Shown here: positions 28,708 through 38,400 of the stretch, in pieces
Position numbering within the stretch: position 1 is the stretch's first letter
How the letters are laid out: each line of letters begins with the position of its first letter
The notes under the pieces: generated by a model
The model's input: only the letters and a program-made list of their open reading frames with translations
Told to the model about the DNA's origin: nothing
Database searches by the model: none
DNA from: Patescibacteria group bacterium
Lineage (GTDB): Bacteria; Patescibacteriota; Patescibacteriia; UM-FILTER-42-10
DNA length: 64,000 bases
Assembly (NCBI GenBank): GCA_041666845.1
Contig: JBAYGC010000005.1
Span: 584 to 64,583, forward strand
Direction: 5' to 3'
Translations under genes and position numbers: made by a program

Positions 28708-30813
28708 TCATTGGATATATTTATTGGGTATTTCAGTGATAAAACGGGAGGGGACGGACATTCTGGTGCTACCCCAAATTGTTCTCTGTTCGGTATGCGT
28801 GATGTATACTCTTTTTCTGGCGCGGGTTATTCCGACATAGCAAAGCCTTCGCTCTTCTTCTATTGCACCGGGCTCAAACAAGCTGTTGGTATGGGGGAAG
28901 AGGCCTTCTTCCATGCCGGCCAAAAAGACAACGTCGAATTCCAGACCCTTGGCGTTGTGGGCGGTCATCAGCGTGATACCCGGTTTAGTGCTGTCTAGAA
29001 GGTCAATGCCGTTTACTAAGGAAACTTCTTCCAGATACTGGTGTATTCCATCCAATCCCAAAAGATTGTCAAACTTCTTTGCCACTGATTTTAATTCCAT
29101 AATATTTTCCCAGCGGGTTTCGCCTTCGGGCGTGCCGTCCTGGGTAAATTTTTTATAACCGGTTTTCAAAAGAATCAGATCAATAATCTCTCTCGGCATC
29201 AAATCTTTTGCTTTGTATTTAATATCGTCAATCATTCCGGCAAAATTCTCGAGCGCCAGTGCCGCTCGTTTGGACAGTCCGGCGATCGACTGTGCTTCCA
29301 TGGCTGCTTGCAGGCAGTCAATATTTTTTTCGGCGGCGTACCCGCATAAGACAGACAGTGTCTTTGTTCCGATCCCGCGGGTTGGTTCGTTGATTATTCT
29401 TTTTAAGCTGATAGAGTCTTTCGGTTCGAGTAGTATTCTCAAATAAGCCAGAACATCTTTAATCTCTTTGCGTTCATAAAACCGTACGCCGCCGACAATC
29501 TGGTAGGGCACTCCGTAGTCCAAAAGCGATTCTTCCAAGGCGCGGGACTGGGCGTTGGTTCGGTAGAGGATTACGTATCGTGATAAATCAACATCATTTC
29601 CCCTGATTTTTTTCTGAATTTCGTTTCTGACGGACGGTGACCCGATACGCATGCTTCTTTTGATCCCTTCCACTCGCATGATTGTATCCAGAATCCCCAT
29701 TCCTTGAGATTCCTCTGATTCATAAACTATTTCATCATCGTCATTGTTACTTTCTTCTTTGGGATTTAAACCAAAAATTTCCTTAATAATAAAATCTCCT
29801 TCATCACCCTCGTCGTTAACTTGTTTAACAACTATTTTATGACCTTCAATCTGGTCCGTCCACAATTTCTTGTCAGTTCGGGATGCATTTTTGGCGATAA
29901 CATAGTTGCTGGCGTCGACGATCGTTTTAGTTGAGCGGTAGTTCTGTTCCAAATGGATCACTTTGGCGTCCGGATAATCTTTTTCAAAGTCCAGAATATT
30001 CTGAATGTCCGCTCCGCGGAAGGAATAGATACCCTGCCAGTCATCCCCGACCACACAGAGATTACGGGACCGCTTCGCTAGCAGGTTGGCGAGGACATAC
30101 TGGGCATGATTAGTGTCTTGATATTCATCCACCATAATATATTTAAACCGCTGCTGGTATTTTTCCAGAATTTCCGGGAATTTCTGGAAAAGTTTGACAG
30201 TCAGCATAATCAGGTCGTCAAAATCCAGCGCATTCAGATTTTTTAACTGCCGCTGGTATTCGATATAAGCATCCGCGGCGATCTTTTCCAGATGTTCCTT
30301 GGCTCTGGACTGGAATTCCTGTGGTGTCAGCATATTATCTTTACCCTGATGGCAGATCATACTTAAGATAGTGCGCGGGGAATATTGTTTCGGATCTATA
30401 TGGAGAACTTCAAACACTTCTTTCATCACGGAGTTCTGATCATACTGGTCGTAAATGATGAAATTATTATTGTAGCCCAGCGCTCCGATTTCTTTCCGCA
30501 GTATTCTGACACAGAAAGAATGGAAAGTTCCGACCCAGGGCTGGTTGTCATTGAAAAGCTGGGAGGGGCTGAATTTTGTCCTCAGCAGTTGCTCTACCCT
30601 CTGTCGCATTTCAGTTGCCGCTTTGTTGGTAAAAGTGACGGCCAGCACTGACGATGGCTGTACTTTCATCACGTCTATTAAATAAGCAACCCGATGGACC
30701 AGCGTGCGGGTTTTCCCGGAACCGGCACCGGCTAAAATTAAAACAGGGCCGTCGGTCTGTTTTACTGCTTCCTGTTGCTTGTTATTTAGATCTTTGAGGA
30801 TAGGATTTTCCAT
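28708..30813 (-). CDS. pcrA: UvrD/PcrA superfamily 1 helicase
   Basis: AGAGSGKT, VDEYQDTN, LEQNYRST, EEERRLCYVGITRA. Confidence 0.95.
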   Translation of the reverse strand: MENPILKDLNNKQQEAVKQTDGPVLILAGAGSGKTRTLVHRVAYLIDVMKVQPSSVLAVTFTNKAATEMRQRVEQLLRTKFSPSQLFNDNQPWVGTFHSFCVRILRKEIGALGYNNNFIIYDQYDQNSVMKEVFEVLHIDPKQYSPRTILSMICHQGKDNMLTPQEFQSRAKEHLEKIAADAYIEYQRQLKNLNALDFDDLIMLTVKLFQKFPEILEKYQQRFKYIMVDEYQDTNHAQYVLANLLAKRSRNLCVVGDDWQGIYSFRGADIQNILDFEKDYPDAKVIHLEQNYRSTKTIVDASNYVIAKNASRTDKKLWTDQIEGHKIVVKQVNDEGDEGDFIIKEIFGLNPKEESNNDDDEIVYESEESQGMGILDTIMRVEGIKRSMRIGSPSVRNEIQKKIRGNDVDLSRYVILYRTNAQSRALEESLLDYGVPYQIVGGVRFYERKEIKDVLAYLRILLEPKDSISLKRIINEPTRGIGTKTLSVLCGYAAEKNIDCLQAAMEAQSIAGLSKRAALALENFAGMIDDIKYKAKDLMPREIIDLILLKTGYKKFTQDGTPEGETRWENIMELKSVAKKFDNLLGLDGIHQYLEEVSLVNGIDLLDSTKPGITLMTAHNAKGLEFDVVFLAGMEEGLFPHTNSLFEPGAIEEERRLCYVGITRARKRVYITHTEQRTIWGSTRMSVPSRFITEIPNKYIQ

Positions 30814-30974
30814 ATTGGTTAACCTACTATATCACATTGAGTTAAAAAATCTACTGATTCCACGAGGGTATCCCATACTTTACAAATGACACCCCATATG
30901 TTAGACTAGAGACCAATCGCTTTCCAGTAATAAAATATAGGACAAATTAAATCTTTATTTTTTTTGCGAAATTA

Positions 30975-31190
30975 ATGAAAGATATTCTCAACATTGTTCA
31001 GTTAGTAGTGGCGGTCGCTCTAATAATCGCGATTTTACTTCAAAATAAAGGAGCCGGACTCGGTGGTGTTTTTGGCGGTGACGGAAATACCTACTCAACT
31101 AAACGTGGCTTTGAAAAAAACTTACATATAGTTACGATCGTGCTAGCGGTTCTATTTATCTTGTTGGCACTGAGCAACTTCATCATTTAA
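30975..31190 (+). CDS. secG: Preprotein translocase subunit SecG
   Basis: ILLQNKGAGLGGVFGG, 2 TM helices. Confidence 0.93.
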   Translation: MKDILNIVQLVVAVALIIAILLQNKGAGLGGVFGGDGNTYSTKRGFEKNLHIVTIVLAVLFILLALSNFII

Positions 31191-31250
31191 TTTATTGCTT
31201 CCAAGAGGAAGAATTACTTATTCTTAGGTATCCACAAGGAATTATTCAGA

Positions 31251-33161
31251 GTGGGAAAAGAGAACAATACATCAGACGAAAAAATACCGGTTGAAAATAA
31301 ACCTGAAAAAGGTAAGCGGTTTTCAAAAGTTTTTTCAGTTATCAAAAAGAATAAATCAAATAGTGCCGGTTCTTCGGACAGAAATAAATGGATTAAGACG
31401 CAAAAATTAATAGACAAAAAACTGGTAACTTCTTTGAATGATAAGAAAATTCCGACCTATCGCCAGTTTAAATATTTGCCTCGCTATCTTTCCAAAAAAG
31501 AATCAAACATAATCCAAATTGCGTTGTTTGTGTTTGCTGTGTCTTTCATTTTCGTCTTGGTAAGAATATATCAGAATGTAACATACATTATTCCACGACC
31601 GGGCGGTGAATATACGGAAGCGCTGGTCGGATCACCAAAATACATCAATCCGATTCTTTCCCAGACCAATGATACGGATATGGATATCACCAGGCTGGTT
31701 TTTTCCGGTTTGTTGAAAATTAATCCGGATCAGCAGTTGGTTAATGATGTGGCGGAAAGATATGAAATATCTGAAGATCAGAAAGAATATACTTTTTATC
31801 TCCGCAAGGATGTAAAATTTCACGACGGGGAGGATTTGAATGCCGATGATATTCTGTTTACTTTCGAAAGCATTCAGGATGTGAGTTACCGGAGCCCTTT
31901 ATATCTTAATTTCAGTGGTGTAGCACTGCAGAGGGTTGATGATTATACGGTCAAGTTTGTTTTGCAGGAACCATTTACTCCATTTTTGTCCAGTTTGACT
32001 TTCGGCATATTGCCGGAACACATTTGGGCTGAAGTTTCACCTGAATCAACGTATCTTGCCGAATACAATTTAAAACCGATTGGTTCCGGCCCGTTCAGTT
32101 TTAATAACTATACTAAAGACAAAAACGGGAACATTAAATCATACGAGTTAAAAAGATTTGACGGTTATTACAGTGACAAACCATATCTTGACCAAGTCGC
32201 GTTTAAATTCTATTCGGATTCCATCTCAGCTTTGGAAGCGGCGGAAAATAAGCAGGTAGATGGTATCAGCTTTGTCCCCAGTGACGCAAGAGAGGAGCTG
32301 AAAAAGAGGAATGGCAATATTGAGTATTATTCTATGCGCCTGCCCCAGTATACCGCAATATTTTTCAACCAGAAGAACGAATTATTAAAGACCAAAACTG
32401 TCAGAGAGGCGTTGGCGTATGCGGTCAATAAAGTATCAATATTGGAAAATGCTTTAGGTGGGGAAGGCGAAATAATCAACGGTCCGATATTGCCGGGTTA
32501 TATCGGCTACAATCCGGAGATTAAGAAATACGATTTCAATCTGGATGAAGCCAGAAGAATACTGGAAGAAGACGGCTGGAAGTATCCGGAAGTTGCGGAA
32601 GGTGAACCGGCGGCGACTGTTCGTTCAAAAGACGGTGCGGAATTGGCATTTGCGATTTCTACGATCAACTCACCGGAGTATCTGGCAACGCTTAATATAA
32701 TTAAAGAGGCCTGGGAGAGTATCGGAGTACGGTTGGAAGTGAAGGAGTATTCTACAAAGGATATCCAAAAAAGGGTAATCAGCCCGCGTGCTTATGAAGC
32801 ACTGTTGTTCGGAGAGATTGTCGGTACTGATCCGGATCCGTATCCTTTCTGGCATTCTTCACAGAGCAGAGACCCGGGGTTGAACCTGGCCGTATTTTAT
32901 AACAAGGATATTGATCAATTATTGGAAGAAGCAAGAAAAACTAATGATGCAGAACAGCGCCGGTTGAAGTATCTGCATTTTCAGAATATTCTTGCCGATG
33001 AACTTCCCGCAATCTTTTTGTACAATCCCGTATATACATATGGCATAGATGAAAAAGTAAAAGGACTGGCAGGACAATATATTTCGGTGCCTTCAGACCG
33101 TTTCTCGGGTATCGTAAATTGGTTTATTAAAACCAATCGTAAATGGGGGAAAGAGTCATAG
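31251..33161 (+). CDS. Membrane-anchored family-5 (oligopeptide-type) solute-binding protein
   Basis: YTFYLRKDVKFHDG...DILFTF, PIGSGPF, VREALAYAVNK; start uncertain. Confidence 0.9.
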   Translation: MGKENNTSDEKIPVENKPEKGKRFSKVFSVIKKNKSNSAGSSDRNKWIKTQKLIDKKLVTSLNDKKIPTYRQFKYLPRYLSKKESNIIQIALFVFAVSFIFVLVRIYQNVTYIIPRPGGEYTEALVGSPKYINPILSQTNDTDMDITRLVFSGLLKINPDQQLVNDVAERYEISEDQKEYTFYLRKDVKFHDGEDLNADDILFTFESIQDVSYRSPLYLNFSGVALQRVDDYTVKFVLQEPFTPFLSSLTFGILPEHIWAEVSPESTYLAEYNLKPIGSGPFSFNNYTKDKNGNIKSYELKRFDGYYSDKPYLDQVAFKFYSDSISALEAAENKQVDGISFVPSDAREELKKRNGNIEYYSMRLPQYTAIFFNQKNELLKTKTVREALAYAVNKVSILENALGGEGEIINGPILPGYIGYNPEIKKYDFNLDEARRILEEDGWKYPEVAEGEPAATVRSKDGAELAFAISTINSPEYLATLNIIKEAWESIGVRLEVKEYSTKDIQKRVISPRAYEALLFGEIVGTDPDPYPFWHSSQSRDPGLNLAVFYNKDIDQLLEEARKTNDAEQRRLKYLHFQNILADELPAIFLYNPVYTYGIDEKVKGLAGQYISVPSDRFSGIVNWFIKTNRKWGKES

Positions 33162-33198
33162 AATATACAAAGAGTGGTGGTAATAAAGAAAAAAATAT

Positions 33199-33275
33199 GC
33201 CGAAGTGGTGAAACTGCCATGAACCACTAAAGGGTTCATGGCTATCACGTACCCTTTAGTGGTACATGATGGTAT
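33199..33275 (+). pseudogene. 5' fragment of tRNA-Leu followed by two palindromes
   Basis: gccgaagtggtgaaactg is identical to tRNA positions 1-18; then ccatgaacc-actaaag-ggttcatgg and an inverted variant. Confidence 0.6.
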
Positions 33276-33306
33276 GGAATAAAATTAATAATCATTGAAA
33301 CAATCT

Positions 33307-33393
33307 GCCGAAGTGGTGAAACTGGTATACACGCAGCGTTCAGGACGCTGTGGGCGCAAGCCCGTGGGAGTTCAACTCTCCCCTTCGGCACCA
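33307..33393 (+). tRNA. tRNA-Leu (CAG)
   Basis: Acceptor gccgaag/cttcggc, anticodon arm cagcg-ttCAGga-cgctg, long variable arm, GTTCAA T-loop, encoded CCA. Confidence 0.97.
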
Positions 33394-33509
33394 GAATATT
33401 AATTTCTAGTGATACTTCCAGTCTCGATATTTTCGGATGAAGTGAAACATCGTCGGGGTTTTAATCCTAATAACTTAAACAACAATAAACAAATTTATTC
33501 AAGTAATTT

Positions 33510-35285
33510 ATGAATCCAAAAAACACAAAACATCGCTCCAGGCAGAATAACCGGATTAGAGTATACCGCTCAGATCCCGCTGAACATAAGCAGGAAAAGA
33601 AAGAAGACACAAGTAAAAGAAACGAGCCTACGCTTAAAGTAATTGTAATGGGTGGAAATGAAGAAGTGGGACGCAATATGACAATTCTGGAATACGGCAA
33701 AGATATTATTATCATCGATATGGGTTTGCAGTTTCCGGAAGAAGATATGCCGGGGATTGACTATATTATTCCGAACATTTCTTACCTCAAAGGAAAAGAA
33801 AAAAATGTTAAAGGAGTGATTATTACGCACGGTCACTATGACCATATCGGTGCGATCCCACATTTAATGAATAAAATCGGTAATCCGCCGATCTATGGCA
33901 GTCCCTTAACATTGGGAATTATCGCCAAGCGCCAGGAAGATTTCAAGCAGAGCGGTAAGCTGAATCTGAATTCAGTCAGTAACAAGGATATTCTCACCAT
34001 TGGCCGGTTTAAAATAGAATTTTTTGGTGTCAGCCATAATATCCCGGGGTCTTTCGGGGTGATCATTAATACTCCGGTCGGACCGATTGTCCACACGGGA
34101 GACTTCAAGCTGGACCTACAGCCGGTTGGTGATGTGGAGCCGGATATCGCCAAGATTGCCAAGTTGGGGGAAAAAAATGTACTAGCCTTGCTGTGTGACA
34201 GCACCAATGCAACTCAGCCGGGACATCAGTTTACAGAGACCGAGATTCAGGGGAACTTAGAAGATATTATCCGGCTGGCTCAGGGCAGAATTATTGTCGG
34301 GACATTCGCCTCGTTACTGATGAGGGTACAGCAGATTATCATGTTGGCGGAAAAATACAACCGTAAAGTTGTAATTGACGGTTACAGTATGAAGACTAAT
34401 ATTGAAATTGCGCAAAAGTTGGGTTATCTGAAAATCAACAAGGGCACTTTATTGCCGATGAGTGAGTTAGAAAATTACCCCAGCCGCAGAATTCTGGTGC
34501 TTTGTACCGGAGCGCAAGGAGAGGGTAGGGCGGTGTTGATGCGTATCGCTAATCGGGAACATAAGGTAATCAGAATCGAACCGGAAGATACGGTTGTATT
34601 CTCATCTTCAGTCGTACCAGGTAATGAAAGATCCGTCCAAAGATTGGTTGATACTTTGTATCGCGAAGGCGCGGAAGTAATCAATTATAAAATGATGGAC
34701 ATCCATGCGGGCGGTCACGCAAAACAGGAAGACCTTAAACTAATCATTAAGTTGATTAACCCGAGATATTTTGTTCCGATTGAAGGCAATCATTCCTTTT
34801 TGAAGGTGCACGCAAAAGTCGCGGAATCAATCGGGTTTGATCCGAAAAAGATTTTTGTCGCGGATAATGGACAAATAATGGAATTTACCAAAACAACCGG
34901 CCGCCTAACATCAAAAAAAGTTCCTTCTGATTATGTGTTTGTGGACGGATTGGGAGTTGGTGATGTTTCTAACGTAGTTTTGAGGGATCGCCGAATGATG
35001 TCCGACGACGGTATGCTGGTTGTAATCGCCACAATCGACGGAAAAACAGGTAATCTGATCGGTAATCCGGATATCATTTCCCGCGGGTTTGTGTATATGA
35101 AAGAGAATAAAAAACTGATTTCAGACACACGTGAGAAGGTCAAAAATCTGCTGAAAGACAAGCACCCGAATTCTTCAGCCAACGATGCGTATATAAAGAA
35201 CAAAATCAGGGATGATATCGGCCAGTTCTTGTTCAGCAAAACGCAAAGACGGCCGATGGTCTTGCCGGTAGTTATTGAAGTATAG
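33510..35285 (+). CDS. rnj: Ribonuclease J
   Basis: GGNEEVGRNM, THGHYDHIG, HTGDFK, HAGGH, RRPMVLPV. Confidence 0.97.
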   Translation: MNPKNTKHRSRQNNRIRVYRSDPAEHKQEKKEDTSKRNEPTLKVIVMGGNEEVGRNMTILEYGKDIIIIDMGLQFPEEDMPGIDYIIPNISYLKGKEKNVKGVIITHGHYDHIGAIPHLMNKIGNPPIYGSPLTLGIIAKRQEDFKQSGKLNLNSVSNKDILTIGRFKIEFFGVSHNIPGSFGVIINTPVGPIVHTGDFKLDLQPVGDVEPDIAKIAKLGEKNVLALLCDSTNATQPGHQFTETEIQGNLEDIIRLAQGRIIVGTFASLLMRVQQIIMLAEKYNRKVVIDGYSMKTNIEIAQKLGYLKINKGTLLPMSELENYPSRRILVLCTGAQGEGRAVLMRIANREHKVIRIEPEDTVVFSSSVVPGNERSVQRLVDTLYREGAEVINYKMMDIHAGGHAKQEDLKLIIKLINPRYFVPIEGNHSFLKVHAKVAESIGFDPKKIFVADNGQIMEFTKTTGRLTSKKVPSDYVFVDGLGVGDVSNVVLRDRRMMSDDGMLVVIATIDGKTGNLIGNPDIISRGFVYMKENKKLISDTREKVKNLLKDKHPNSSANDAYIKNKIRDDIGQFLFSKTQRRPMVLPVVIEV

Positions 35286-35297
35286 TTGGGTAGCAGG

Positions 35298-35326
35298 TTG
35301 ACAAAAGCCAGTTTTTAGAGTACAAT
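35298..35326 (+). promoter_or_regulatory. Consensus sigma70 promoter of the large surface protein gene
   Basis: TTGACA-17-TACAAT. Confidence 0.7.
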
Positions 35327-35480
35327 GAACAGGTAAACACTAATATTACCCAATGTTTGAGGAGGCAAAATTGGTAAATATTAAACAAAAAGGCGCAAAC
35401 CTTTTGGTTACAAATTATAAAAAAAGCTGCTAACAAGCAGTTTTTTGTTTTTAAAGTGTAATTTAATTAAATAATAACTA

Positions 35481-38400
35481 ATGAACAAAGCTATGCAAAG
35501 TCTCAAAAAGATCGCCGGGTTTGGCGTATTAGGTTTTTTTGCGATTACCTTGCTTCTCTCGGGAGCAAATATCGCTTTGGCAGAAGATATGCCAAGCCCC
35601 CCGGCCGACACACGTATAACCAGCTTCACAGTTACTCCGGTATCAGCGGCATTGGGGGCGACGACTACATATAACGTCAGTCTTACTTTGAACACGACCG
35701 TAGATGAAATACCGCTTTGGATCGGTGGAACTGGAGTACCGCTAGGAATAAGTTTTAATACTAGCGGTGGCTGTCCACCGGAAGTAGATTGGCGAGCCTG
35801 CAGAGTTGATTTATCGAATGCCTCAATCTCTGGTTTGGCAGGAAGTGTGACGGGAGATACAAATGAAGATAATGTGTATTTTATCGCCGACAATGCACTA
35901 GCAGCCGGCACAATTAATTTTTCTATTACGGGTGTAAAGAATCCGACTTATGGTGGTGGATTATTCAACGGAAAAATACAAATCCAGTCTCCGCAGGTTG
36001 CTGAGGATGAAATGTGGCCAGAGGGAACATCTCCAAACTTTATTTTAGGAGCCGTTTCTTTTTATGGTAAGGTTTTGACCCCCAGTGGAGATCCGATTAA
36101 TGGAGTTGGTGTAAATGTCCGGAATGAAGATTTTTCTTTTAATTATGGTACGGGCGCGTCTCCGGATGGAAGCTTTGCTTTACCGTCAACCGGAATGACG
36201 GCCGGCATGAAATATTATATAGAAATATGGTTGCCAAGCGGCACACAGGGGTATATTGCACCAAGTGCAATACAAAAAACATATACCGGAACTGTACAGA
36301 ATGTCGGCACGATAACTTTAGCCGTAGCTGCAAAAACAATTACGGGTACGGTTAGATATGATACTGGCGGGGCAGTTACCACGGCCAATATTAGGGTTTG
36401 GAATAATAGCGGATCAAGTGCTCAGGCGGATGTAAATGCCAGCGGGCAATATACATTAACCATCGGTGGCGGAAATTGGGAGATGATGGTTGATAAACAA
36501 TATAATGAGAACGGCCCAGTGGAAACGGATTGGGTATACAATGAGAATAAAAAGCAGATTTCGTTTGCTGATAACAATAGCAGTGAATCGCAAACAATGA
36601 ATTTTACTGTTCAGAAAACAAACTCGATAATCAAAGGTTGTGTGAAAACTCCGGATGGACACTTTCTACAGGGCGGATGGGTTGATATTAGAACCGGTGA
36701 CGGTCAAGGTAACGGGGCAGGTATCAATGGACAGAATGGTTGTTTTACCGCCAACGTCAATAATGGCAGTTATAAACTGCAGATCTTTCCGGATAACCAG
36801 AATCCTGATATGGCAAGGTTTTATCTTCCGGAGATGAAAGTAGACATCGCTGACGGACAGACTATTAATCTTGGTAATCTGGTTATGAAAGAAAAAACTT
36901 CCCAGATCAAAGGGAAGGTCATGCTGGAAGACGGTACGGGTGTAGGAGATATACGCGTCGGTTGTTGGCAGAATAATGCGTCGGGTTGGGGTGAATCGGT
37001 TTCCGCGTTTGATGGAACTTATACGCTCTGGCTACAACCGGGCCAATGGCAATGTCAGGCTCAGACCAGTACGGATTCGGATTATATTCCAATCAATGCC
37101 GGCGGGAAAACCAGTATGTATGAGCTAAAAGATAGCACAACCGTCTCGGGGGTAAACCACATTGTTAAATTGGCGGATGCCACGTTAGTTGTTAAAACTG
37201 TCGGTGAAGACGGCAAGGCAATCACCGGCAATGCTTATGGTTGGGCTTATGCTCGCGTAAAAGGGGCAGGCTTTGAGAAAGGATCAGAATTCGGCGGCAA
37301 TCTTGACCGGGGAACGGCTACAATCAAACTGATCGGTGGTAGTACATTTATTGTGGGTGCTTATATGCCTGCTGATCAGGGAGGATATTTGCTCGAAAAA
37401 GAAGTTGAGATAACCGTGCCGAAAAATTCTTCAAAAGAGACAACCTTAACTTTAGTTTTACCGGATGCTGAAATATTTGGATTTTTGAAAGATCAGGATG
37501 GAAAAGTGGTAAAGGGGGTTGAAGCGGAAATATACGCTAATATTGCGGAGAATACGGGTCCGGGCAGTAATCCGGGTGCTTTTACCAGAGTTAATCCTGA
37601 AGATGGAAGTTATAGTCTAAAGGTGCGTGGTGGTAATAAATATGTATTAGGATATTGGTTCAATATGAATGATGAATTTGTCCAAACTCATCCGGACTTT
37701 ACCCCGTTTACTGTACCAGTGGGTGGAAAAGTTCCAAAAATCATTACCGCTTTTCGTGCCAATGCGTCTATTGATGCTATGTTGCTTGATCCGGATGGAA
37801 AGAGTATTGATTTTGGATTCGTATGGTGTTCCAACCAGGTCGCCTTAAAAGATAAAGTCAAAGGTGATTTCGAAGGAGGTAAAGTAATTGAAGCCGGTGG
37901 GGATGTAATAGGCGGTAAGGCACATATTCCATTAATTTTCGGTGAATACGAATGCGGAGCAGGTATGAAATCCGGGGACAGTACCTATATGCCTCCGGAG
38001 AATAAGGTAGTTACAGTAAATTCCGGTGAGTCACAGAAAATTACATTACAATTCCGTGAAGCTGACGCAACTTTATCCGGTTCGGTAAAGCTTGAAGATG
38101 GCAGTGATGTACCATATGGTTGGTGTCATGCCTGGCAGAATGAAGGCGGTTTTTCCGGTGCTGAAGCATTCGACGGGAAAGCCAGTATTCCACTGACGAT
38201 CGGAACATGGTACGTGGGATGTGATTCAAAGATTTCGGGTGATGATAAATTTTATCGGTCTGAAGAGACAAGAGTGGTTGTATCTGAAAAAGGTGAGCTA
38301 AGTAAAAACTTTGTCCTGGCGGAAGCGGCTTTCAATCTACCGGAAGGTCTGACTGAAGTTTTCGATTCCACTATCCAGAAGGTAATTAATTTGCCGGATG

